Part shown: positions 35,245-43,439 of the stretch, piece after piece
Layout: each line of letters opens with the position of its first letter
Numbering within the stretch: the first letter of the stretch is position 1
Virus record (IMG/VR): IMGVR_UViG_3300013314_000001
Location: 1 to 64,000 of that record
From: a virus
Length of the DNA: 64,000 nucleotides
Direction: 5' to 3' (one strand)
Notes under the pieces: generated by a model
Told to the model about the DNA's origin: nothing
Database searches by the model: none
What the model saw: the letters and a program-made list of their open reading frames with translations, nothing else
Made by a program: the position numbers and the translations under genes

Positions 35245-37563
35245 CTAGAAATTATCTAGAACCAACACCTCATTAAAGCCATTCTTGGTAGTTACTTGTC
35301 CTTCAAACCAAACATCTTTTAGCAATGTCGGTGAATCATTAACTGACAAGTAGCCTAAGTACTTACCATCCTCATCCTGTGCAAACAGATACCCATTAGT
35401 ATGAACAACCAAACGTAGGGGCATAACCTCACCCTGCCACTGATACCCAGGATAATCGCTGTGATTAGTCCCTGCTGCTGTCTCACAAACTTGGAGTTTA
35501 TTAATTCTCAATGTCTGCAAGCGTTCACAGATTTCCTCAAGCCCTACCAAAAAACAAATGAATGTGTTACTCTGGTCTATGCTATTGCTATGGTGCTTGG
35601 CGTACCAAAACGCGCCTACTGCATCAACGCGACTCTTCTTAGATGTGCAACCATCTAGAAGGGTTTTCCACTTTTTAACTACTGCCTTACGTTTCTCAAC
35701 GTAGGTTGTCACTGTGCTGCTATAAACAAACTCACCTTTTTGTACAGAGTCTATTTCTTCTTTTGAAACAGTTCTGATTGCCGCAGTGTACTCAGCACAC
35801 CGCAGTTTGGCTTTTTTCAGCCAATTGGCGTGAGGCTGGGGGAACAGTGGTTTAAACACACTGAACTTTGACTTACGCAGATTTGGCGCAACCCAGAGTT
35901 TATTCATCTCACGCACTAACCGAGAGATAGTATCACCGCGACCGTCATCTGTTACCAACTGAGTTAGATAACATTCCTTGTTCTTATTCTCGTTAAGCCA
36001 AGCGATATCTCCTTTCAGTTGTTTGGATATTTCGTTAAGCAGTTTTTTATCTGGTGGTGTCGCACCCTTGAGAGAGTCAACAGCCGCTTGCAACTGGGGA
36101 ACAAGCTTGTTAACTAAATCCTCTCTACCCATTGCCCAAGCCTTAGCAATTAACCAAGTAATAAGCCCAGTGTCATTAGCCATTGACTTAGTTGCTATTT
36201 CGCCAAGCGTTCCAACTACGGGCTGTTTCTTAGGTTTGATGTCGCCTTGATTCATGGGAGATTCACCAAAGTTCTTGACTGCGATCGCAACGTTAGGTAA
36301 CTTGTAAGTAGGTAGCCATTGAAGGTGGTCCCCATCAAAATCTCGACCTAATTTAAGTGCAGTAGCTTGATTAACTACTAACACGCCTTCGCAATCTTCC
36401 CAAGTTTCAAGGTGAACATTGCGCCAAACCTTGATGTCGTATTTCCAACGGCAAGGGTAAGGGAAAACTATTACCTCTTCTCCCTCTGGTAGCCCTGGAA
36501 TGTAGATGCAATCGTTAGGTAACGACTCATCGGGCATCACCATGCTGGAATTGAACTTGACCGAGCCAGCAGTTGCTAGAGTTATCCAACGACCACGGAA
36601 CATTTCAGTTACCTTGTCAACTACCCAAGGATGACTGGTTAGCTGACCATGAATATCAGCACCTACAAGCCGCGCTAGTGTAGACTTGTATTCATTCTCC
36701 TCTATTTCAGTATCGTAATCCTCACTACCCAGTAGACACTCTGCCAGTTTCCTCTGGTTAGTGAGTGTTTCATTTATGCCATTAGCAGCCTTGATGGTTG
36801 CTGGCAAGATATCTTTCTCAACAGCATCCCAAGGAAGATACTGAAGGACTGAGTAACTGAGACTGCAACGTCGCCAGTCTAAGCGCTTGGTAGCGTGCTT
36901 AATCTCAGGGGAGGCAAACACTAAACCAAGTGTTAATTCTGGTAAGTCATACTCACCGGGAGCTACCTTGTTGCCTTTGAAGCAACTCACTGGTAGCACT
37001 AAGTCATAGTCAGAGTTTTCAACCTTCTCACTGTAAGCAATAGTGCCTTTAGCAATCCAAGCTGGAAACTGGCTAGCAGCACGGAATTGGAACGGATTGT
37101 TTACCGATTCGGTTAATAAATATGAAAGTCGAAAACCTGTTTTTCCGTGGCAATCCCCTACATCGTACTCAGTATCATCATCAGCAACTACCAATAACTT
37201 AACTGCGATCGTAATTATCTCCTTACACTCAGTCGTTAAGTTACTACCATAGCTGATTGCATTGGCATTGCTTCCAAAGAACCGAGTGAAATAATCCCCG
37301 CCTCCCTTGGCAAATAAAACCCTACCATGCTTTCTAGCACCAGACGCACCGACTAAGTGGTAATCTTCAAAACCAGTGTCAAGGATTTTTGCGATCGCAG
37401 CATAGTTAGGTTTCTTCTCTGCTAGCATTGAGGAGACATCCCCAACTGCAAACTTAACATCTGGGTAAAGATGCCCTAGTAAGGTATTGCGATAGCTAAT
37501 CTCACAACCTTCAGGCAACCAAACCTTATCTACCAAATCAAAAATGGGAAGTATTAAACTCAC
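35245..37563 (-). CDS. two-barrel (double-psi beta-barrel) polymerase-like protein, cellular-RdRP / YonO-like
   Basis: GTG start preceded by AGGAG. EEVIVFPYPCRWKYDIKVW...VLVVNQATALKLGRDFDGDHLQW (DFDGD at nt 36328-36342) matches the catalytic barrel of RNAP beta-prime (NADFDGD) and RdRPs (NPCLHPGDVRV...DLDGD). PFQFRAASQFPAWIAKGTIAY (nt 37033-37095) matches the first RdRP barrel (FQIR..G.KG). Confidence 0.6.
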   Translation of the reverse strand: MSLILPIFDLVDKVWLPEGCEISYRNTLLGHLYPDVKFAVGDVSSMLAEKKPNYAAIAKILDTGFEDYHLVGASGARKHGRVLFAKGGGDYFTRFFGSNANAISYGSNLTTECKEIITIAVKLLVVADDDTEYDVGDCHGKTGFRLSYLLTESVNNPFQFRAASQFPAWIAKGTIAYSEKVENSDYDLVLPVSCFKGNKVAPGEYDLPELTLGLVFASPEIKHATKRLDWRRCSLSYSVLQYLPWDAVEKDILPATIKAANGINETLTNQRKLAECLLGSEDYDTEIEENEYKSTLARLVGADIHGQLTSHPWVVDKVTEMFRGRWITLATAGSVKFNSSMVMPDESLPNDCIYIPGLPEGEEVIVFPYPCRWKYDIKVWRNVHLETWEDCEGVLVVNQATALKLGRDFDGDHLQWLPTYKLPNVAIAVKNFGESPMNQGDIKPKKQPVVGTLGEIATKSMANDTGLITWLIAKAWAMGREDLVNKLVPQLQAAVDSLKGATPPDKKLLNEISKQLKGDIAWLNENKNKECYLTQLVTDDGRGDTISRLVREMNKLWVAPNLRKSKFSVFKPLFPQPHANWLKKAKLRCAEYTAAIRTVSKEEIDSVQKGEFVYSSTVTTYVEKRKAVVKKWKTLLDGCTSKKSRVDAVGAFWYAKHHSNSIDQSNTFICFLVGLEEICERLQTLRINKLQVCETAAGTNHSDYPGYQWQGEVMPLRLVVHTNGYLFAQDEDGKYLGYLSVNDSPTLLKDVWFEGQVTTKNGFNEVLVLDNF

Positions 37564-37626
37564 TGAGAACTCCTAGTAACTAGAAGCCCCAAGTAATTAA
37601 ATTACTCAGGGCAAATTAGCTACTAA

Positions 37627-37659
37627 CAGCGCGAAGCGTTTAAAAGAAAAATATTTCTT
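37627..37659 (-). promoter_or_regulatory. motif A copy 1 (promoter-like), upstream of the polymerase-like gene
   Basis: Minus strand AAGAAATATTTTTCTTTTAAACGCTTCGCGCTG, 63 nt before GTG 37563. A stem-loop lies in the leader. Confidence 0.75.
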
Positions 37660-37667
37660 TATTTGAT

Positions 37668-38174
37668 TTAGATATGCTTCCAAGAATGGCGATTAATTAT
37701 TCGTGATGCAGTAGATTGATTAATAGCGTATAACTTTGCTAATTCTTCAATATTCATTATCCCTTGAGAATGTATTTCTCTCATACGAATAACTTCTTTT
37801 TCTGTCAATTTACTGACAGGACTTTTGGAACCACACCTTAACTCAGACTTGGAATTCTGAATTACTTTTCCTCTCCCCTTAGCCCACATATCTTTAATAT
37901 TTTCTGACTGTGTACCTAATCGTAAGTGCTGAGGATTAACACAGGCTGGCACATCACATTCGTGTAATATCACCAAGCCTTTTGGCACATCTTTTTTATT
38001 TGCAATAATCCAGCTAATTCTGTGGGAAGGAACAGAAATGCCTAATATACTAAGGCAACCATACTTCATTGACGTAGTTGTTCCAGCCTTCCAAAGCCAA
38101 CAACCATCAGCCTTTTCAACTTTACTCCAAAATCTTTCTAACACATCAGGAGTAAGATGCTCTAATATATTCAT
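37668..38174 (-). CDS. free-standing HNH homing-type endonuclease
   Basis: GCWLWKAGTT...HRISWIIANKKDVPKGLVILHECDVPACVNPQHLRLGTQSENIKDM is the HNH_3 pattern, with a C-terminal HTH (INQSTASRIINR). Paralogue of the partial ORF 63835..64000. Confidence 0.8.
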   Translation of the reverse strand: MNILEHLTPDVLERFWSKVEKADGCWLWKAGTTTSMKYGCLSILGISVPSHRISWIIANKKDVPKGLVILHECDVPACVNPQHLRLGTQSENIKDMWAKGRGKVIQNSKSELRCGSKSPVSKLTEKEVIRMREIHSQGIMNIEELAKLYAINQSTASRIINRHSWKHI

Positions 38175-38296
38175 GTTGACGTACCGTAATTACGTTGACC
38201 GCTTGGGTGTGCGACTAACACACTCAGGCATATAACTATTATCCACTATTTTGGTAACAGCATCCGGGAACTCCCACAATTAGTACGAGTTCTTTT

Positions 38297-38324
38297 CAGC
38301 GCGAAGCGTTCAGAGAAAAATATT
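38297..38324 (-). promoter_or_regulatory. motif A copy 2 (variant), upstream of the HNH gene
   Basis: Minus strand AATATTTTTCTCTGAACGCTTCGCGCTG. Confidence 0.7.
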
Positions 38325-38381
38325 AAAGACTGTTCCACCCCAAGCGTATTGGAGTAGAACAGTCTTATATTCACAATCGTT

Positions 38382-38392
38382 AGGCGTTAGCC
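38382..38392 (-). promoter_or_regulatory. motif B copy 15
   Basis: Perfect 11-mer. Its internal TAA is the stop of ORF 38387..38704. Confidence 0.85.
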
Positions 38393-38704
38393 TTTCAAGT
38401 ACTTGTCAGCAGCATCTAGAAATAAAGTGATGTCAGGAAAAATCTCAGCACGTTCTTTAAGATAAGGTAATGCCCTATCATTCAAAGAAGTTGGTATCCA
38501 TGCAAACTCTAGTTTCCCATCAATTCGTTCTTCTAACAAAGGTTCATTGCAAGGTGACAAACAAAACAAATACGCAACGTTTGCTAGGTCTACTACTGAA
38601 TCTCTTACTTGTTCGTAGTCTCTGCAATTCACTTCAAATGTAGGATTGACAGCACAAGGAAGAATCTGACTACCGGAATAGTATTTACAGGTATAACAAA
38701 GCAT
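38387..38704 (-). CDS. hypothetical Cys-rich protein (CAVNP motif)
   Basis: MLCYTCKYYSGSQILPCAVNPTFEVNCRDYE shares a motif with ORF 5239..5586. Confidence 0.5.
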   Translation of the reverse strand: MLCYTCKYYSGSQILPCAVNPTFEVNCRDYEQVRDSVVDLANVAYLFCLSPCNEPLLEERIDGKLEFAWIPTSLNDRALPYLKERAEIFPDITLFLDAADKYLKG

Positions 38705-38735
38705 TTTTTAATTCCCAAAATCTACACTTCCTCCA

Positions 38736-38767
38736 CGACGCGAAGCGTTTCAAGAAAAATATTTCTT
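38736..38767 (-). promoter_or_regulatory. motif A copy 3
   Basis: Minus strand AAGAAATATTTTTCTTGAAACGCTTCGCGTCG, 31 nt before ATG 38704. Confidence 0.75.
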
Positions 38768-38874
38768 CCAGGGTCTATGTCACTCAGCGACAAATAAAAA
38801 ATCCCCCGACGCAAATCAGGAGATGAAGAGTTATATATTTATAAACATTAGTCTTTACAGTCTTAACACAAAAA

Positions 38875-39204
38875 TTATTCAGTAGCAGGTTCTCTAGATT
38901 CATAATCTTCTACCGCTTTACTGATAATTTCTTCTAATTCTGAAGGAAGATTAGAGCTACTAATTATACGGCCTCCTCTTGCTATAGCCATTCCAGACAT
39001 ACTAGGCATTGCAATCGCACCAGCTTGCGCCATGCAAGTGTGACGAGGCTCACCATAGCACTCACTTAAAATGCCCAATGTTTGTACCAAAGCACCTAGA
39101 GTATAATGTGTAGCGCCATACTCTATCAAGTCCTGCATTAACTTTCGAGTAGCTGTTTGATGTGCTGCGATCGCTTCTATAATCTTTTCGTTATCTGGTT
39201 GCAT
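38875..39204 (-). CDS. hypothetical protein
   Basis: 109-aa ORF. Confidence 0.5.
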   Translation of the reverse strand: MQPDNEKIIEAIAAHQTATRKLMQDLIEYGATHYTLGALVQTLGILSECYGEPRHTCMAQAGAIAMPSMSGMAIARGGRIISSSNLPSELEEIISKAVEDYESREPATE

Positions 39205-39238
39205 AGAATTTTAAATTACGTCAAATCTAGTGTACCCA

Positions 39239-39733
39239 CTACTTTGACAAAACGAACATCCCAGCCCCTAATCTTTTTGGTTCAGCTATCTGACGTAGAT
39301 ACTGCGCGAGTTCTGCCTGTGGTGGGAACCATTCAAAGGTGTTTCGTTTGGTGAGGTAGCCATCAGCAAATTTTACTTGACCACTGGTATGTTGAATCTG
39401 ATTGGCCACCACAAGCGATTGCTTTGTCAACTCCCAACATTTCTGCAAAACTTCCAGCCGCTCACCTGGGTTTTCAATCACACCCAGGACAAACGAGAGT
39501 TGCACCACATCAGCAGGGTCTAACTGGGTATCTGGAAAGTAGTAGGGGTCATACCCTACAGCCTCATATCCCGCTTGACCCAACAGACTTACATCGTCGC
39601 CATACCCACAGCCGTAGTCTAGAAAGGTTTGCCCAGGTTTGAGAATACCATTTGCGATCGCAGTCTCAAGAGGGCGAGAATACTTGGTGCGACGCATAGC
39701 TGCACGGTGGCGTTCGATAACTAGAGGGGTCAT
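39239..39733 (-). CDS. class I SAM-dependent methyltransferase (resembles N-domain of DNA-phosphorothioation-associated methyltransferases)
   Basis: Motif I FLDYGCGYGDD, and FVLGVIENPGERLEVLQKCWELTKQSLVVA. The RT.YSRP..A N-terminus is as I recall for that family. Confidence 0.6.
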   Translation of the reverse strand: MTPLVIERHRAAMRRTKYSRPLETAIANGILKPGQTFLDYGCGYGDDVSLLGQAGYEAVGYDPYYFPDTQLDPADVVQLSFVLGVIENPGERLEVLQKCWELTKQSLVVANQIQHTSGQVKFADGYLTKRNTFEWFPPQAELAQYLRQIAEPKRLGAGMFVLSK

Positions 39734-39775
39734 ACTTGCGTTATGTGAGTACGCAAGTATGGTTCCTATTGGTTT

Positions 39776-39922
39776 TTAATCATCAGGCAAGTCGATATCT
39801 TCCTTTTCTGTTTCTTCGTCATTATCATAATCAGTTAACGCTGACCACGCAGCGCTTGGGGTGTCTCCATCATCTTCATCATTATCCCATGATGGGCTGT
39901 AATCGCCTGGTGTGCTTGTCAT
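39776..39922 (-). CDS. small highly acidic protein, not in ORF track
   Basis: 48 aa, MTSTPGDYSPSWDNDEDDGDTPSAAWSALTDYDNDEETEKEDIDLPDD. The N-terminus is repeated at 41097 (MTSTPSDYS). Confidence 0.35.
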   Translation of the reverse strand: MTSTPGDYSPSWDNDEDDGDTPSAAWSALTDYDNDEETEKEDIDLPDD

Positions 39923-40152
39923 TTTTTTAGGTGTTCGTAAGGTATATGAACGTTATGCTCAACGCACTTTTGCTTTGCTTTCGTAAAGTGTAAATCTACA
40001 ACCACAGTACTGAAAGACAGTCTGGTTATAACCATTTCACACAAGGCATAAGGCATAAATCCAAGCTCGTTAATTACAACCCACTGCCCAACGCTAAAGT
40101 GAGAGGCTAGTGGATTGTATAGTGCTTGAGTCTCAAGAGAAATTTGCGGCAT
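39919..40152 (-). CDS. hypothetical protein
   Basis: 77-aa ORF. Confidence 0.45.
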   Translation of the reverse strand: MPQISLETQALYNPLASHFSVGQWVVINELGFMPYALCEMVITRLSFSTVVVDLHFTKAKQKCVEHNVHIPYEHLKK

Positions 40153-40164
40153 GGCTAACTACTA

Positions 40165-40584
40165 TCAAATTGAAAAGATATGCTTTAACTCTGGGTCTGA
40201 CTTAGCTAATTGAATTAACCAACTCAACAAAGCTTGCTGAGGTTTATCAAGCTTATCAACTCGAGCATTTGCTAGTAATGCAGCAGTTGTTAAACAAGTT
40301 GACCTTCGCTTAAGTCCATCCTTCATTGCAGCAAGTGCCGCCTCATGTCCATCTCCTTGCGCGTTCTGTTTTAACCCTGGATAGTTTTCTTCTAGAGCGT
40401 CGCCGTAAGTTCTCTCATCAAACGTAGGAGAGTTGCGACCCCCGTAATTTTTCCAGGTTCGATAAGATGCACCACCACGAAAAGAACAAATCAACTGCCA
40501 TCTGTCAGCACTAGAAAACTTAATCTTTGTTATCATCTGTTCCTTGTTCTGCATTATCGTCAATGCCCAGGACGTTGTAAGCAT
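40165..40584 (-). CDS. hypothetical protein
   Basis: 139-aa ORF. Alternative start at ATG 40554. Confidence 0.5.
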   Translation of the reverse strand: MLTTSWALTIMQNKEQMITKIKFSSADRWQLICSFRGGASYRTWKNYGGRNSPTFDERTYGDALEENYPGLKQNAQGDGHEAALAAMKDGLKRRSTCLTTAALLANARVDKLDKPQQALLSWLIQLAKSDPELKHIFSI

Positions 40585-40602
40585 CGCTGGGCAATTAAAG
40601 AA

Positions 40603-41046
40603 TTATTGGTAAGCTCTCTTCTCTGATTCAGCAAGTAACCTGGGTTGTTCCAATCCACTTACTGTTGACTTGCAGAACTTAATAAAATCTTCAGCACTTT
40701 TGTACCAGTCCCAAGGCAAAGGTCTGTTACTCTTTTCGGCAGATATCCGCAAGCGTTCGCTCTCAACAATTAGTGGTGAACCTAGCTGAGAAAACTTTTC
40801 ATTGTGATTATTGGTGCTGTACCAGTGTTCACAAATCACCCAGCCAATCTCATGCTTATCAACCACAATAAATTGAGGTTTCCATTTCCCCCAATAATTT
40901 AATAAATCAACGTGAGCATATAGCCCAATTTCAACTACCTGCTTTTCTTCCCCATCCTCTGTTAACGTCCTGCTTTGCGTCTTTTTCGTACTGCTTGGAT
41001 TTTTCTTGTTCTTCGCTTTTGTCTTCGTCTGCTTTAAGTCTTCCAT
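40603..41046 (-). CDS. hypothetical protein (Lys-rich N-terminus)
   Basis: 147-aa ORF. A 57-codon ORF in another frame starts upstream at 41097 (MTSTPSDYS...), so the 5' end is unresolved. Confidence 0.45.
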   Translation of the reverse strand: MEDLKQTKTKAKNKKNPSSTKKTQSRTLTEDGEEKQVVEIGLYAHVDLLNYWGKWKPQFIVVDKHEIGWVICEHWYSTNNHNEKFSQLGSPLIVESERLRISAEKSNRPLPWDWYKSAEDFIKFCKSTVSGLEQPRLLAESEKRAYQ

Positions 41047-41139
41047 CGTTAAGCCTATCCTTTTCTTGCTTGCTGTAATCGCTTGGTGTTGAAGTCATCT
41101 TTATGAATCGACATAGTTTTATTAGACATCACACACTCT

Positions 41140-41150
41140 AGGCGTTAGCC
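41140..41150 (-). promoter_or_regulatory. motif B copy 16 (head of the 41.1->21.9 kb minus block)
   Basis: Perfect 11-mer in the divergent intergenic region. Confidence 0.85.
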
Positions 41151-41184
41151 TTCTTCCGTTATGATAAAATAGTATAAGTTGAAA

Positions 41185-41214
41185 CCCGGCCATGTAGTGC
41201 CAACTACTGCCGGG
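41185..41214 (+). promoter_or_regulatory. conserved 5'-leader hairpin downstream of a TAAAAT box (41165-41170)
   Basis: CCCGGC(41185-41190)/GCCGGG(41209-41214). Paralogous to 6948..6991. Confidence 0.5.
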
Positions 41215-41242
41215 AGTATCGCTGTATAGGACAGCAACACAA

Positions 41243-42016
41243 ATGAACGTTAAATCTAATGCTAGTCTAGCAACAAATCAAGCTGAACACAAGCCACGAT
41301 TTTTTAAGATGACTGCTGAAAGAGCTAAAGCTGATTACAAGGAAAAACTTATTACCACCGAAGCATACATACTTTACTTACTAGATGCTCATCGGTCTAT
41401 CGGTTGGAAGTGGAAAGTTGAGCCTAAAGAATTCTGTAAAACCTGGGACATCCCCCGTAGCACATTCTATAAAGCAATATCAAAACTAAAAACTAAGGGC
41501 AAGCTCAACTGGGAACTTGAAGGCACAATAACTTTGTGGAGAGGTTCGGACATTGGGATGCAAGACAGTCTCATTGATGAGCCATCTAGTCCAACTCATG
41601 AGACTAATAGTCTCGTTGATGAGACTAATAGTCTCGTTGATGAGACTGTAGTCTCACTCACGCGCAAGCAGGGTACTCAAACCCTTACGCAGCAAGAGGT
41701 TGAAAACCCAATAGATATTAAACAGACTTATACAGATTTTATAAACTCTCTCTCAGAAGCGGAGAGCGAGAATTTTTTAACTTTCTGTGAGGAAAAAACA
41801 AGAAATTTAAACCAGCCAGTAAACGACATTGAGGCATGGTTAGCGCACACCACTAAAGCTGGACAGAAACGCTGGGAAGTTTATTACAATAAGTACAAAG
41901 CTTCTCAGCAGAGCAAACCTAAGAAGTCTCAGGCTAATGTTAAAACTCAATGGCAAATGCACCAAGAAGAACTTGAACAGCAACGCCAACGGGCTATGGC
42001 ACACCTAGAACTCTAG
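41243..42016 (+). CDS. winged-helix DNA-binding protein, candidate lambda-O-like replication initiator
   Basis: wHTH FCKTWDIPRSTFYKAISKLKTKGKL. The central coding region carries three 21-bp-spaced palindromes. The C-terminal domain is paralogous to ORF 6074..6454. Confidence 0.45.
   Translation: MNVKSNASLATNQAEHKPRFFKMTAERAKADYKEKLITTEAYILYLLDAHRSIGWKWKVEPKEFCKTWDIPRSTFYKAISKLKTKGKLNWELEGTITLWRGSDIGMQDSLIDEPSSPTHETNSLVDETNSLVDETVVSLTRKQGTQTLTQQEVENPIDIKQTYTDFINSLSEAESENFLTFCEEKTRNLNQPVNDIEAWLAHTTKAGQKRWEVYYNKYKASQQSKPKKSQANVKTQWQMHQEELEQQRQRAMAHLEL
41600..41655. repeat. three tandem palindromic iterons GAGACT-N2-3-AGTCTC with 21-bp period (ori-like)
   Basis: Copies at 41600-41614, 41621-41635 and 41642-41655. 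An AT-rich tract follows at about 41710-41746. Confidence 0.7.
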
Positions 42017-42925
42017 CAAGTCAACAGCTTTCAGCTTGGCATAGTCACCACGCCGATCATATTTTTGAGTCACATTTGCTGACGCATGGCCAGCTAATTT
42101 TTGAATGCTGCTGATATCCGCCCCAGCGTCAAACAAATCACTAATGAAGGTACGCCGAAAATCATGCGCTGTAAAATCCTGGGCAATGCCAGCAAGCAGC
42201 GCAAGTCTACGAACAATAATAGGCACGGCTTGGTCAGTTAACCGTTGAGTAAAGATGATGTTATCCCCCCGTGAAATAGCCATGAACAGAGGGGAGATAG
42301 GGGGAATGGCATTAAGCCAGGGAACAAGAACATCGACCCGTGATTTGGGGATAAATACCACCCTTGCTTTATTTCCTTTCCCTTTACGGATAGTTACGCT
42401 TCGTTCTGGGATGCTAATGTCACTCACGTTCAACGCAACTATCTCCGAACGCCTTAACCCAATCCGCAGCATAACCAGCATCGCGCTGTCTCTCAACCCT
42501 GCATTTGATGTATCATTAATACAAACTGAGAATAAACCTTTAACCTCGTCTTCACTCAAAGCCCTACCTTTGGGTGGGGATTCCCCTTTTACTTGCTTTA
42601 AATCTGTGGCGCGATCGCAATCGTCAACACTCATTAGTCCCAGGCGCTTGCACTCAATCAAAGTTTTCTTGAGAGCGGCCAGCATTTTATTAGCTGTGGC
42701 TGGTGCATATTTCTCAGCCAGGAGCGAACGCACAGCTTGAGTATGTTGGTAGCGTAAATCTTGCCAAGGAAAGCTAACTAAGGTTGCACCTTCCATAATC
42801 ATGCTGGCAATCATGTTAAGGGATTGCGTCATTGTGAGCCGACTACCTGGGGCAAGAGAGGCTAAGTAGATTATTGCAGGGCTTTGAATTAGTAGTTGAG
42901 ACTTCCCTTCTTTAAGGGTTAGCAT
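42005..42925 (-). CDS. int: tyrosine recombinase / phage integrase (XerC/D-like)
   Basis: GLRRSEIVAL (Arg I), HDFRRTFISDL (H-x-x-R) and LAGHASANVTQKYDRRG (catalytic Tyr region). Confidence 0.85.
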   Translation of the reverse strand: MLTLKEGKSQLLIQSPAIIYLASLAPGSRLTMTQSLNMIASMIMEGATLVSFPWQDLRYQHTQAVRSLLAEKYAPATANKMLAALKKTLIECKRLGLMSVDDCDRATDLKQVKGESPPKGRALSEDEVKGLFSVCINDTSNAGLRDSAMLVMLRIGLRRSEIVALNVSDISIPERSVTIRKGKGNKARVVFIPKSRVDVLVPWLNAIPPISPLFMAISRGDNIIFTQRLTDQAVPIIVRRLALLAGIAQDFTAHDFRRTFISDLFDAGADISSIQKLAGHASANVTQKYDRRGDYAKLKAVDLLEF

Positions 42926-42965
42926 AGCGGTTGTAGTTTTAGATATGGTTCCTAGTATGTCAGAA

Positions 42966-43439
42966 AAAGGCAGAAGGTAGAAGGCAGAAGGCAGAAGGTA
43001 AGAGGATTAGATATGATATAGTGTAAATACTTCAAACTTTTAGCCTTCAAACTTATGAGTTATAAGACTCAGTTCATTTGGAAAAGAGCAGTTCAGTTAT
43101 CAGTTAACTGCTATAAATTTACTGAAGACTTTCCTAAAACAGAAGCATACGGATTAGTTAGTCAAATTAGACGCGCATCTGTTTCTGTACCTAGCAACAT
43201 AGCTGAAGGATATGGACGAAAAACAACAGGTGAATATGTTCATTTTTTGCATATATCACTTGGTTCTTTGCGTGAACTAGATACACAATTAATAATTGCA
43301 AGAGAAGTTGGTTTAAAAAACAGGAATCTCTTTGAACAAATTTTGAATGAAGTAGAAGAAATGCAAAGCATATTAGTCTCTTCACTTAATAAAATTAAAT
43401 CCTAACCTTCTGCCCTCTGCCTTCCCCCTTCTGCCTTCT
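42966..43439 (+). mobile_element. hairpin-bounded cassette: inverted heptamer arrays flanking a four-helix-bundle gene
   Basis: The left arm 42966-43005 (GGCAGAAGG repeats) is the reverse complement of the right arm 43406-43439 (CCTTCTGCC repeats). A miniature ORF-less copy lies at 17851..17967. Confidence 0.6.
43055..43405 (+). CDS. four-helix-bundle protein (23S rRNA intervening-sequence protein / Avd-like family)
   Basis: WKRAVQLSVNCYKFTEDFPKTEAYGLVSQIRRASVSVPSNIAEGYGRKT..EYVHFLHISLGSLRELDTQL is the signature of this family. Confidence 0.8.
   Translation: MSYKTQFIWKRAVQLSVNCYKFTEDFPKTEAYGLVSQIRRASVSVPSNIAEGYGRKTTGEYVHFLHISLGSLRELDTQLIIAREVGLKNRNLFEQILNEVEEMQSILVSSLNKIKS

Noticed and set aside
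37170-37215. An archaeo-eukaryotic primase-type DxD motif (LLVVADDDTEYD) in the 772-aa ORF.
   Set aside because: It is an isolated acidic run without the accompanying sxH and h- motifs. The DFDGD barrel signature and the RdRP-like first barrel explain the protein better.
42255-42740. A 161-aa plus-strand ORF inside the integrase gene (and 43191..43385 antisense to the four-helix-bundle gene).
   Set aside because: It is antisense to genes with unambiguous family signatures.
43055-43405. A diversity-generating retroelement, because the four-helix-bundle protein belongs to the Avd family.
   Set aside because: No reverse transcriptase ORF and no template/variable repeat pair is visible anywhere in the window.
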